A DNA stretch of 63,132 bases, the filler included, from Octopus bimaculoides (Eukaryota): assembly GCF_001194135.2 (NCBI RefSeq). It is 5 parts of 5 records of this genome, joined end to end, with 100 filler letters (N's around TTAATTAATTAA, not from the genome) between each part and the next. Parts side by side here need not be neighbours in the genome. Positions count along the whole stretch, not along the records: positions 1 to 19,110 come from NC_068994.1; 4 more parts are not named here. One strand, written 5' to 3'. How positions within the stretch are numbered: the first letter of the stretch is position 1; every line of letters starts with the position of its first letter. This document shows, piece after piece, positions 1 to 12,180 of this stretch. The notes under the pieces are model-generated. The model was given only the letters and a program-made list of their open reading frames with translations, made no database searches and had not been told where the DNA came from. Made by a program: the position numbers and the translations under genes.

Positions 1-9
1 TATATATAT

Positions 10-40
<31 letters not shown>

Positions 41-342
41 TTACTTGGAGAATGGAGCAACAAATACAAGAAAAAGCATTTTCGTTGGACTAGATAGCCG
101 TTGTTTTATTATGTGGAGCTTGAGTCAGTGTGGAGGTTTAGGTTATGTAATGAGTCATTTTGTATATTATGTCTTAGTCACTTACGTACGTTTCGATGCA
201 GCCAGTAGTTTGGCCGATCTCTTCAGAGTGTTGAAGGGTATATTCGAAGTTTGTGGTGTGCGAAATGTAGGAGAAGTAATTATTGGGTGTAATATATGTG
301 GTGGTGCGATAGTGGTGATAGGTCAATAGAGCTTTACGTTTT

Positions 343-790
343 AGTTGTTGCGTTGGTCTTCTTGTAAGGGGATATAGGGTGGGTGCTATTTAAGAACATT
401 GTTCCAGTTTTAGTCAAGTGCATCTCCACGTGATGTTTGATTGCTGGATGCATGATTGTTGAAGATTTCCTCGGAAGAGGTTAGATCAGATATGCGGGTT
501 GAAATACTTTTGACTATGTTATCGATAGTAGATTTGTGGTGATTGGAGTGTACATTGAGGTATTTCAGGTATTGGTTAGGTTTATGATAGGGGGAGTATT
601 GTGAGTTTGACAAGTTTAGAGTAACGTCCAGAAAGTTAGCAGTTTTATATGCGTTTTCGAATGTGATGGATAGGTTTAGATTAGAGAAGAATTTGTGTAG
701 ATCTTTTCTATTCCTTTCCAGAGAAGATTTATTAATGGCCTTGGTAAGTAGTAAGGCGTCGTCCCTATTCAGACCTCCTCGGATTTTAGG
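343..790 (-). mobile_element. Penelope-like retroelement fragment (RT C-terminal region), degenerate
   Basis: Minus-strand translation gives GLNRDDALLLTK...DLHKFFSNLNLSITFEN...NFLDVTLNLSNSQYSPYHKPNQYLKYLNVHSNHHKSTIDNIVKSISTRISDLTSSEEIFN, matching the YRDD / FLDV / YxKP..SNHP pattern of PLE reverse transcriptases. It may extend further toward 41. Confidence 0.7.
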
Positions 791-1153
791 GAAATGTTTC
801 TACAGCTGGATGCCCTTCCTAACACCAACCACTCCGAAAGTGTAGTGGATGCTTTTATGTGCCACCAGCATGAGGGCCAGTCAGTCGGTTCTCGCAACGA
901 CCATGCTCAAAAGGTGTTTTTTACGTGCTACCTGCACAGGACCCAGTCTGGCGACACTGGCAATGACCACATACAAATGTTGTTTCTCACGTGCCGGTAA
1001 GGTGATGCTGGCAACGATCATGCTCGTAGATTAGATAGCATTGGATTGATCAATTCCTGGATTAGTCCAATAACTTTTCCTCTTCAGCAGGACACACTTT
1101 AGGAAATAAATGAGATATTTATACATACCCACAGGAAAGCAAACACATGTATT
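641..1153. repeat. Left arm of 513-bp inverted duplication
   Basis: Reverse complement of 2399-2911, with about a dozen substitutions by eye. Confidence 0.95.
793..1026 (-). mobile_element. RTE LINE 3'-UTR fragment
   Basis: Contains TTTCTACAGCTGGATGCCCTTCCTAAC, shared with copies at 42248-43338 and 44546-45473 that are joined to RTE RT coding sequence. Confidence 0.8.
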
Positions 1154-1341
1154 AGCATGCTGGGCAAAATGCTTAGCAGCATTTTATCCATCATGTTCTG
1201 AGTTCAAATTTCACCAAGGTGGAATTTGTCTTTCTTTCCTTCAGGGTAGAAAAAAAAGTACCAGTTGAATCCTGGGGTCAATGTAACCAATTTAGCCCCT
1301 CACCTAAAATTGCTGGCCCTTTGCCAAAATTTGAAATCAAT
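1154..1341 (+). mobile_element. tRNA-derived SINE (short family with TTCTGAGTTCAAATT B-box region)
   Basis: B-box-like GAGTTCAAATT followed by GGTCGACTTTGCCTTTCATCC-like core; the family recurs at 20038, 21915, 46011, 57650 and 62061. Confidence 0.65.
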
Positions 1342-1771
1342 ATTGTATATATATATAAGCCATATAAACCCTCTTCCTTCAATCAACTCAGACTATTGGC
1401 TAACCTGGCCACACTTCCCCCCATATTAATACAGTTTAGCAGAAGTTCATTGTATGTGTTTGTGTCTGTATATTTGCGTGAATGTTAATATGTATTTGTT
1501 TAACCCATGCTAACATAGAAATAGATAAAATGATCAATCAGGTTATAGGAAAGAAGACAAGACCCTGGTATCTTCAGTGAAACAACTCTGTTTGATACTC
1601 AGAAAATTAGTTAGGTTGAACAGGCAAGAGTTACAGTCGAATCACAGGCAGACTAGCAGAGAATGTAAGCTTTGTATTTGATAGATGCATTGGAACAGTA
1701 CTTGCTATGGTCACAATAGAAACAGATTTTCTTGATGGACTGTGTGGCTCATGAGAAAATATACATACATG

Positions 1772-2087
1772 AAGGCACATGGCTTAGTGGTTAGGGCATT
1801 CGGCTCACAAATCGTAAGCTCATGAGTTCAGTTCCCAGCAATGCGTTGTATCCTTGAGCAAGACACTTTATTTCACGTTGTTCCAGTCCACTCAGCTGGC
1901 AAAGATGAGAAGTACCTGTATTTTAAAAATGGGCCAGCATTGTCACACTGAAGTTCCCAGTGAACTACATTAAAGGTATGTAGGTCTGTGGAGTGCTCAG
2001 CCACTTTGACATTAATTTCACGAGCAAGCTGTTCCATTGATTGGATCAACTGGAACCCTCATTGTCATAACTGACAGAGTGCCAGTT
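1772..2087 (+). mobile_element. tRNA-derived SINE
   Basis: A-box TGGCTTAGTGG and B-box-like GAGTTCAGTTCC; the 3' half matches the SINE at 29961-30352. Confidence 0.75.
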
Positions 2088-2398
2088 ACATACATATATA
2101 TATGTATATATATAAAGAGAGAGAGCAAGATAATAGTATAAAATACAATCATAATTAAGGTCATAGAAGAGACAATGGCCTATACAGAAAATAGACAATG
2201 CCTATGCTGAAAATCTTCAAGCCCCTTAAAAATTGTCACTTTTACAGCACACAACATGTTGAAATCAAGGGAGTATGCTTGCAGAAATTCATAAATTAGA
2301 TAGCCTTGGATTGATCAATATCTGGATTGGTCCAATAACTTTCCCTCATCATCGAGACACACTTAAGGACAGCAAACGCAAAGTTACAGTTGCATACA

Positions 2399-2911
2399 AA
2401 TACATGTGTTTGCTTTCCTGTGGGTATGTATAAATATCTCATTTATTTCCTAAAGTGTGTCTTGCTGAAGAGGAAAAGTTATTGGATTAATCCAGGAATT
2501 GATCAATCCAATGCTATCTAATCTACGAGCATGATCGTTGCCAGCATCACCTTACCGGCACATGAAAAGCAACATTTGTATGTGGTCATTGCCAGTGTCG
2601 CCAGACTGGGTCCTGTGCAGGTAGCATGTAAAAAACACCTTTTGAGCATGGTCGTTGCCAGAACCGCCTGACTGGCCCTCATGCTGGTGGCACATAAAAG
2701 CATCCACTACACTCTCGGAGTGGTTGGTGTTAGGAAGGGCATCCAGCTGTAGAAACATTTCCCTAAAATCCGAGGAGGTCTGAATAGGGACGACGCCTTA
2801 CTACTTACCAAGGCCATTAATAAATCTTCTCTGGAAAGGAATAGAAAAGATCTACACAAATTTTTCTCTAATCTAAATCTATCCATCACATTCGAAAACA
2901 CATATAAAACT
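2399..2911. repeat. Right arm of 513-bp inverted duplication
   Basis: Reverse complement of 641-1153. Confidence 0.95.
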
Positions 2912-3189
2912 TCCAGGAATGGTAACTATGCACATGCGGCTGATGTCTAATGTCTTTCAAAATACACAGATGAGCTGGTCTTCTCCCTACCACTAACATC
3001 AGAAGGGGCTATATCATTGGTATTCATATAACATATTGTCAGGAAACATTCTTTACTTAATTCATGACAAGGTGTGAAAGTTTCAGTCTTAAAAGATGGT
3101 CATTTTAGGGTAGTCACTATGAGTACAAGCTAGTTTCATCACCCTTACACACCTGGAAAATTAAGGGCCTTTTACACATACCTCTTGAA

Positions 3190-3700
3190 GACATTTGATT
3201 TCTTGGATATTACCTCATTCATTTTTGTCATCCCTACTGTTTCTGCTTCACCAATGAGGACTTTATCCATTATCGCTTGTTTTCAGTGTTGCCCTCTGAT
3301 TTCTGGGTTTTTTTTATATATATTTTTTTCAGTTGGTGCATTGCCTGCTTCACCATGGGTAATTTCAAAATTGTCAACCAGCCATCAGTAGCTTTGAAAT
3401 TTTTTTTGATACCCATATGTGACACCCAATTTCTATACCACAGATGTTGCTACTGCATCTTTAATGGATGAGCCATGTTGTCACTACCTCCTCAAGATGC
3501 AACTCTCATATGCCTCCTTCCACCAACTGTTAATGATTTTCATTTTGCAGTGAGTTTATTCTTAGCCTTACATCTATCTCAAACTATTTGCTTTACATCA
3601 AACTCTTCACATATTCTCACTCCTGAAACACCAACCTCAAACTTCCAATAAATTACAATTCAAAATTCATAGGATTGCATGATCCATTTTTAGGTGATTA
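3190..3700 (-). mobile_element. pogo/Tigger transposase N-terminal relic
   Basis: Minus-strand frames give KFEVGVSGVRICEEFDVK, EEVVTTWL, FKATDGWL and HGEAGNAP, typical of the CENP-B-type HTH region; frameshifted. Confidence 0.55.
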
Positions 3701-3832
3701 CTTTTACTCTGAGCCATGATGTATAAATATGCCTAATCACTAAAATACAAATGAAAATTGTAGGGTAACAGGGCAACACATGTTGTACTACGTCGTATAT
3801 AGTGACTACACTGTGTAACAAAAGTTATCTTT

Positions 3833-4228
3833 TTTTGTCTTTGGTTAGTGTTATTTCTTATGTGCTTCTATCTGGAAATCAAAAGAAATGACTACTATTC
3901 CCTTCTAACTTTGCTTTTACGACCTGGATATCAATGTTTTGAAACTCACCTATTTTCCACTACATTTCAGAAAGATTTAGCACTGAGTTGCTCAAGCAGA
4001 ACTATCATTATAGCAAATATTCTGCTCAATACTACAGATTTGCTTGAGCTTTAGTTGAGCACGTCCCTTGGTGGCTGCCAATAAGTGCATCCCTTACAAT
4101 GTCATTCTAAAAATAAACAATCACACCATTGAAATCTCAAAGCTATGAGATAATTCATGATTAATTCAAAATAATGTGCATGAATAAGCATTACATCTGA
4201 CAGAGTAATCTGAATACTAGAGGGTTAA
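3833..4228. repeat. Dispersed non-autonomous repeat (MITE-like); related copies at ~15455-15830, ~53700-54080 and ~59365-59610
   Basis: Shared blocks such as TTATTTCTTATTTGCTTCTATCTAGAAATCAAAAG and GCAAATATTCTGCTCAATAC occur in several copies and in both orientations. Confidence 0.7.
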
Positions 4229-4464
4229 ATTTACAAAGGAAGAAAAGAAAAACAAGACTGACACAAACAAAATATGTGGTGAAATGTTTCAGGTTTAATT
4301 TAAAAAGAGATTGAAGTAACCATTTAAACATACAACAGTCAGGATGAGTTTGAAATGATGAATGCGTGCATTTGTTGTTTGGGAAAAAGTCTTGTATATT
4401 TGCAAATATAATGTAAACTATTCAATAAGCAAGTTTTCATAATAATGAATGTTAAAGCACAATG

Positions 4465-4571
4465 CTACAATTGCATAGCTTTATGCTGTTCTACACGCTT
4501 AGCACGCAGTCCATCGTTATAGCCTTCTCGATTGCGAGCAATCTCTATAGCAAGAAATTGAATCCTAGGCA
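4465..4571 (-). CDS. PBDC1: PBDC1 (polysaccharide biosynthesis domain-containing 1), last coding exon
   Basis: After the tttcAG acceptor, with phase-1 carry: VPRIQFLAIEIARNREGYNDGLRAKRVEQHKAMQL*; human PBDC1 has APRIQFFAIEIARNREGYN. Confidence 0.95.
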
Positions 4572-4759
4572 CTGAAAAGAAATGAAATAGACATTTTATC
4601 AATGAGAAAAAGTTGTTTGAAATAATTAAGGCAATAGTATCACTTGAGAACCTCAGAGCAAATAAAAACTCCTGAAAAAGTTACTGCACTAATGCTGGTA
4701 ATGCCTCAGGAAAGGCATGAAGACATATACATCATGACAACAGTTCAAAAGAAACCAAT

Positions 4760-5300
4760 GATTAACAACAAAGGGTGTTGCCATGAAGCATTCCTGCCAG
4801 AATTTCAAAGGAGCCAATGTTGGCACCAGGAAACAGTATCTCCACAGAGGCCTTTGTAGAGCACTTCAATAGCCAAGCCCATTTTACTGGAGGTTTTGTA
4901 AGCAAACAGGACATCCATCAGCTTACCTCTATGGATCAAGTTAAAAGCCTTTCAGAAATCTATGAATGTCAGTACTGCTGAAAGCTGTTTTGATTTGATA
5001 CCTTTGATGAGAAGCTTTTGCGCTGGTATCTGTGCTGTCGTCATTCTACTTCCCTGAAATACATTTTGCTGTTCATGTAGAAGCAGCTCAATATGGGATT
5101 TATTCTATTCAGGAGTATTTAGTTGTAAACTTTTGCTGCCACTGCTGTCAATACGATGCCTCTGTAGTTTCCTCTAACTACCAAGTTAACTTTCTTTGGA
5201 AATGGTAAGAACAGTGTCTATGTTTTGATCAATACCTGGCTCTTGAATTAGCAGCTTGAAAATGCCATTGTATTAATGAAAATGTAACGGCAAATTGAAT
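4760..5300 (-). mobile_element. RTE-type LINE RT relic in PBDC1 intron
   Basis: Minus strand: NYRGIVLTAVAAKVYN.ILLNRI, IKSKQLSAVLTFIDF.KAFNLIHRGKLM and FEILAGMLHGNTL, with stops and frameshifts. Confidence 0.65.
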
Positions 5301-5372
5301 TGTTCTTCTCTAGTTATTACAAGTTGACTACTTGCATTGCAAGTTCTGGGTGATGCAAATGTCATTAGTGTA

Positions 5373-5650
5373 AACTGATACTCTGTCGGTTATAACAATG
5401 AGTGTTCCAGCTGATCAGATCACTGGAAAAGCCTACTCATGAAATTAATATGCAAGTGGTTGAGCACTCCACTGACATGTGTACCCTTAATGTAGTCCCC
5501 AGTGAGATTCGGTGTGACACAGAATATGACAAGGCTGGCTCTTTGAAATACAAATATTACTCATCTTTGCTAGGTGAGTGGATTGGACACAACGCATTGC
5601 CAGGAATCAAACTCATGAGCCAAATACCTTAACCAATAAGCCATGCATCT
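5373..5650 (-). mobile_element. tRNA-derived SINE, decayed
   Basis: Reverse-complement match to the family at 1772-2087 and 29961-30352. Confidence 0.65.
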
Positions 5651-7879
5651 TCATCAGTGTGACATTTTGCAAAACACCATACCAATGATATGTACATGAA
5701 TCTGAAGTTCTCAGTCGCTATCCTGCTCCTGTTGCTTCATTTTAACCACTTTTAGTTGATTATTAAATCTAGGATCTATATAAAATAACAAATAAAGATG
5801 ATACAAAATAATCATATGAATCATATGCTGTAATGTTTGAAGATAATATGCTTAGGTAAGTTTTACATTTCTGCCATGTGCTTTTGTCTTGCATTATTTG
5901 CGAAATCCCATGTCCTCAGGTTAAGCTATTTCCAAATATTCTTTTATTTACCCTGAAAAAATGGAACCCTCCACCCCCAACTATTACTAACACACTACTT
6001 CATTCTACATGCAGCATTCATGTGCATTACATATCCATGTGATATTTTAATACAAGTTAAGGTATGTTTATACATGAACTTATTACACAAATTTTCTATG
6101 CATGCATGGTGTAGATGCTATCAAAAGTTAAGTACAAACCTGACTCTTGATTTCAGGGAGAATGAAGTTGTTTGTGATAACTAAACAGCAGTGAGATAAT
6201 ACAGCCAACAACAGATCTTTGCAATTACACCCTGATACCTAATTTCACCAAAACCTGAAGCTGGGTGAGTTTTCCAAAATATTACAACAGAGTCCTAAAA
6301 AACTTTCTTCAGTTAAACTTCTTAAACACTGACCATGAGATATCCATGAAAACTAAAATATTGCTGGACCTAGATAACAAGATTATTTGTACAAGAAAAA
6401 TGACATGCAGTTATGAAATATCTTGTGATTGTATCCTTCTCTTCATAACTTCATCTCATTGGTTTACATATTTAGTTGCCAGAGGATTTTTTTATTCTGA
6501 TCCGTCAAAAAACATTTTACATGTAACATAGTATAACTTTTGATGTGTGATTTTAGTATATAATTACTATTCTTTTTTCACACTACATGACTGATTACTA
6601 ATTTGTTCTAAAGAAAAATTTGAAGGCTTCCAGTTACAGAATATTGAAAGCACCAAGAGAAAATGTTTAAATTTCAATGCAAATGACAGACATTAGCAAG
6701 TAATCCTGACGTCAGTAGTAGAGAAAAATGAAATCGTGAAACAAAAGAAAAAAAAAAAAAAGAATTTAAACACTGCCAGGCCCTAAATAAAACAGATATT
6801 CAACATTCTGCACAAAAGCTAGAGGTGAAACAGAAATATATGTTTAAAATATACCTTTCCCTGCAGCATTTTAGTGGCGGAAACACACAACCAGATTGCT
6901 GGTATGGGAAAGAAGCTTGTGAAAATTTCTCAAAAGAGAGTAAGCAGCATGACCCAGTTACTGTTTATAACACATGCCAGGCAAATTTATTTATAGATTT
7001 CTATACATTGCTTTTTGTGATGAGTTTCATGTGCAGTTAACATTTTGATTGCTATGAATTCAAACTGTCTGCAAGTGATAATCCAGAACCAAGCCAGAGA
7101 TTGAAACTGGAACCTTTATTGTACAAACTAGGTTTCATGTTCTAATCATTGGCATACTGAACAATAGTTTTTAAGGTACTTTAGCATGCAGCTGCATATC
7201 TTTCAGGTACAGTAAGTTCATGCTGATAAAGGTTGATATATATATATATATATTTTTAAGAGGAGTTTCAGAAATATTATTTGTACAGTGTTTCCAACAA
7301 TAACATAAGGTTAATTCTTCCAATATTTATAGGAAGAAAATATTTAATTAGGTTTACAAGTCTTTGTTGGTTATATGTATTAATATTTTATTTCACTATT
7401 CAATTGTTGTTTGCATTATACTAAAATGTTCCTATTGTATGAAAAAGACACTGCTACATTACATTTTCAAGTGAAGAAAATAATTTTTTACAGAAACTTA
7501 AACAACATTTACAACATACACTTTGCTAAAATTTTATTGAAATTTCGATAAAAGTGAAGCATTAAGAGGAGTTTATCTGCAAATGTCTTAAAATCTGCCT
7601 AAGTACAGAAGGTAAACAACCTATTTTGTAATTCAAGAGTACTGGGTTGCAAGGGGAAATAAATCAATGGAATTAAAGAGTTATGTAGCTTACTTCAACA
7701 AAGTAGATCAAAGTGAAATATTTTATTCAAAGATAACCACACTAAATAGAACACTAGAAATGCTATGATCTCATTCCTTAGATCAAGTAGTGCAAGATGT
7801 CATGCTGAAACTGTTTGCAATAGATTGAGACTAAAAAACAAAAAGTTAGTTTCATAGAAAGTTTACATCATAAACTTAC

Positions 7880-7991
7880 CAATTGTTGTGTTGTTTGGGT
7901 TATAGTCATTGGAAGAATCTAAGCGAAGAAGTGTACCAAAATTATATTGTTCAACATCCATTTTGTATCCTTCACAAAATTCTCGCCATTT
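7880..7991 (-). CDS. PBDC1: PBDC1 coding exon
   Basis: tgtAG | KWREFCEGYKMDVEQYNFGTLLRLDSSNDYNPNNTTI+G | GTAAGT; 112 nt, phase 0 to 1; human KWRPFC...DFNYGTLLRLDCSQGYTEENTI. Confidence 0.95.
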
Positions 7992-8928
7992 CTACAAAAG
8001 TTCATAATTTTGTTACAGCGACATAAGAAAAGCATTAAATCAAATGAAACTCTAATGGAATAAAAACAGATTTAAAAAGCAGTTTGAAAACAGCCTAAAT
8101 ATTAATACATTTTAATAGAATTCCTATCACAGGAGCAGCATTATATTTTAAGTTAATGCATCTTGTTTACCTTAAATGCCCACCTGGAAGTAAGTATTAA
8201 TATTCACTTCACAGTTGAAATAGCCAGTATTAGGGAAAAGTTTTAATCTGATGCTACAATTGGTGTGCACATGGTTTTTGTGACTTTATCGTATTGTAGC
8301 ATCAGAGTGTAGAAGTGTAAAAGTTACTAGAAGCAAAAATGATTTGGATCAAATGTGGCACTCTGTGACTCCTGAATAACATTGGTAAAAAGAATAGTTT
8401 TCAAAGTCAATAGTGAAGTAAGCAGTAAGGTTCTAACTGAACACTAAAGTAAGGTAGAGCTCCCTTCACTGAAAAGATCTTTGCAAAGTAGAGGCGTAAT
8501 AGATAATATCCTAATAAAGGATGTTACTGGTATCTACTGCATGATGTGCAGAGGCAAATCTGGTAAATGTATTCATTATGAAACTGATTTACCTGGATAT
8601 TATTACAAGGTTTGATGAGAAGTATGATAAAGAAACTGCAAAGCAACTAGATACTATAAACCATCTTAGTTTCTTATCTAAGCTGTCTTCAAAGTATTTT
8701 CTTCCCAGCCTTAACATACCCAGCATGATAGGTGAGATCATGGTCTCAAAACACTTCATTTCACATTGCTTTGCGATCACTTGAACACCTAATGCATGGT
8801 ACACCTGTTCAGGCAATGTCAATTTGATGGAGAGAGTGAGCTAATGTGCAGGTCGCTTGGTAAAAGCTGAACACTCATATGTCACCTTTGACAGGAGAGT
8901 CTATCATATATAAGCACACATATATCTA

Positions 8929-8967
<39 letters not shown>

Positions 8968-9430
8968 TCATCATTTAACATCTACCTAACCAGCACCCCA
9001 ACAGACTACCCTGGTGAGGAGGGTTGCTAGAAACCCAGGAGGATTAAAAACCTGTTGAAAGGTTGGATGAACCTAGAGCAGGCTCAACGGCTATCTAGCA
9101 ATAGCATTGGTACACAAAAATTCCAAGATGGTGTCCAGCATGCTAGAAGACTACTTGGAGTGAGGCACCCCTCAGCTTCTGTTGAAGCATGTCTGTAGGA
9201 GAAGGTCACTCTGATATAAAACCAGATATGCAGGGAATGGCATTGGACATTTTGGGGATCTTTGGTTTGTGCTAGAGATCATGGTGCTCCCATGACTCAT
9301 TGGCACCAGACATCTTGCTCTAGCTTGTCTCTGGATAATGTCAATAGAGTGGAGAGGATCTATGAGCTGTTGTGCAAGCCTTATTGGATCTAAAACTCTG
9401 CACTGGCATTGCTCACCTCCACTGATATAC

Positions 9431-9990
9431 TCTCTTTTTACTCTTTTACTCTTTTACTTGTTTCAGTCATTTGACTGTGGCCGTGCTGGAGCACCGCCTT
9501 TAATCGAGCAAATCGACCCCAGGACTTATTCTATGTAAGCCTAGTACTTATTCTATCAGTCTCTTTTGCCGAACCGCTAAGTTACGGGGACATAAACAAA
9601 CCAGCATCGGTTGTCAAGCGATGTTGGGGGGACAAACACGGACACAAACACATACACACACACACACATANNNNNNNNNNNNNNNNNNNNNNNNNNNNNN
9701 NNNNNNNNNNNNNNNNNNNNNNNNNNNNNNNNNNNNNNNNNNNNNNNNNNNNNNNNNNNNNNNNNNNNNNNNNNNNNNNNNNNNNNNNNNNNNNNNNNNN
9801 NNNNNNNNNNNNNNNNNNNNNNNNNNCATATATACATGATAGGCTTCTTTAAGTTTCCGTCTTCCAAATCCACTCACAAGGCTTTGCTCGGCCTGAGGCT
9901 ATAGTAGAAGACACTTGCCCAAGGTGCCACGCAGTGGGACTGAACCCAGAACTATGTGGTTCGTAAGCAAGCTACTTACCACGCAGCCGC
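9431..9990 (-). mobile_element. CORE-type tRNA SINE (octopus OR-like family), with an N gap
   Basis: Minus strand GGTTCAGTCCCACTGCGTGGCACCTTGGGCAAGTGTCTTCT (B box plus CORE-like block), internal (AC/AT) microsatellite and (TAAAAGAG)n tail; many copies in the window. Confidence 0.8.
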
Positions 9991-10269
9991 TTTTTTTTTT
10001 TTTTAACTTATATTTAGTTTATTTTTATTTGGAAGTATTGTGGCAATGGGAAGGTAGTGAAGCATGCAGACCTGATGGGTTGGAAGCATGTAGTCAGTGA
10101 CCTGCATGTAGGTGGCTCATGCTAGATATAAAGTCTCCTTGTCACCCAAGATAGCAATAGGGTTCAGTTGCTACATAGATGTCTGAGCAGCTCCATTTAG
10201 AGAGGGCACTGCTCACCTGGAAGTTGAGGAGGTTCTGGAAAAGGTGAACCAAAAATTGCTTGTCTTTCT

Positions 10270-12180
10270 ATATCTGATCAGTTTAACACGACTGATGGAT
10301 GTCCATCCTGCGCTCGAGAAACAAAGAGACTTATTTTTACAAAATCTGGATGGAATATGTACACTCTGTTGGATAACAAGAATGATTGTAGGCCTGAAAG
10401 ACGCACTGCACTTGTTGCTTGAGAGCTGAACCGCTATAACATTGATATAACTGCATTTTCAGAGCCTCATATAGAAGGTGATGGTCAGCTTGAGGAAGTA
10501 GGAGGTGGATACACCTTTCCTGGAAGGGGAGGCTGAAGGAGGAATGCAGAGAGGCTGGTGTTGGCTTTGCAGTTCAATCTGCTATCCTTAAGAAGTTGGA
10601 GGAACTTCCTGTTCCTATAAATGAACGTCTAATAACTCTACAATTGCACCAGAAAGATGGGTGATTTGCGACTCTAATAAGTGCCTATGCACCCACTTTG
10701 ACTAGTTGTGATGAAGATGAGTATCTCATAAATGATGTCCTATCTGAATCTCAGTGTGGCTCCTGATCTGGTAGAAGGACAATGGACATGATTTTCACAG
10801 TAAGACAGATGCAGAAGAAGTGCTATGAGCAGAATATGGAACTTTTCCAGGTATTCACAGATTTAACCAAGCCCTTTGATACTGCGAATAGGGCCTTGCT
10901 ATGGAAAATACTTGGCAACCTTGGATGTCCAGATCACTTTGTGTTCATTATTAAATCATTTCATGATGGGACGGAGACTTGGGTCAATGTTGGTGGTGGC
11001 ATAGCAGGATACATTCCTGTAGAGAATGGTGTCAAGCAGGATACATTCCTGTAGAGAATGGTGTCAAGCAGGGTGACATCCTTGCCCCAACTCTCTTTTC
11101 TTTGTACTTTGCTGCTGCTTTTACTCATGCTTTTACTAAGGTTAATTCTCTGGGAATATATGTCAGGTATTGATCTTCTGATCACCTCTTTAATATGCAC
11201 TGATTTGCTGCCAATTCAAAAGCTTTGCATTCTCCTATTTGTGACCTCCTTTATGCAGATGACTGTGACTTAGTCACTCATACAGTGGATGACATGCAAA
11301 TACTTGTGAATTGTACTTCTGCTTCTTGCAAGGCATTTGGACTCAGCATTAGCCTGGATAAGACTGTTGTAATGTTCCAGCCTGCACCAGGAAATCCATA
11401 TGTGGAACTAGCTATCTTGGTTGAAGGAACAATACTGAAAGTGGTAGATAAGTTTGTCTACCTGGGCAGCACACTCAGCCGTTTTTGCTCCCCAGATAAT
11501 GAAATATTTTTCAGGCTGCAGAGAGCAACTGATTCCTTCCAGTCTCTTCAGTCTCATGTCTGGTCCAGCATGGCATCACAAGGCAAACAAAAACTGCTGT
11601 GTATCATGCATGTGTAATGACATCGCTCCTTTACGCATGTGAGACATGGATCCTTTACAAACATCATGTAAGGGCCCTTGAACGCTTTCATCAGAGATGT
11701 CAGAGATACATTCTAAATGTTGGCAGGATCTTAAAAACTCCAGACACACAGGTCTTGAGGAAAGCTGATATTTTGAGTGCACAAGCACTGGTTACATTGG
11801 ACTGGACATTTTAGTAGAATGGAGGATAGCAGGATCCCTAAACAGATGCTATATGGCGAACCTGCTAGTGGAAAGAGACCCCGACAGAAACCAAGGCTGT
11901 GATTTAAAGACTGTGTCAAGACCTCACTAAAGACCTGTGATATGCAGGAGACTGACTGTGAGAGCAATGCCAGTCATTGCCACAGATGGAGGAAGCAGGT
12001 TAAGGAGGGAGTTGACACCTTTGTGAGAGTACATATTCTGCACGAAGAATTTAAGCATGCTGCTTGAAAGCGCACTGCTAGTGTAGTGAATGGGGAAAGC
12101 TTGATTTGCAATGTTTGCAGTCGTGTATGCTTGTCAAGAGCAGGGTTCACTAGCCACCAATGGATCCGCAAATGCAAAAT
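10270..12180 (+). mobile_element. RTE LINE, internally deleted and decayed (APE + RT + C-terminal Zn finger), antisense in PBDC1 intron
   Basis: ELNRYNIDITAFSEPHIEGDGQLEEVGGGYTF (APE); MDMIFTVRQMQKKC...DLTKPFDT, GVKQGDILAPTLF, LLYADDCDL (RT); ICNVCSRVCLSRAGFTSH at the end. Confidence 0.9.

Noticed and set aside
2449-2521. CTGAAGA-g-GAAA motif as a possible hammerhead
   Set aside because: No stem II or III can be formed around it.
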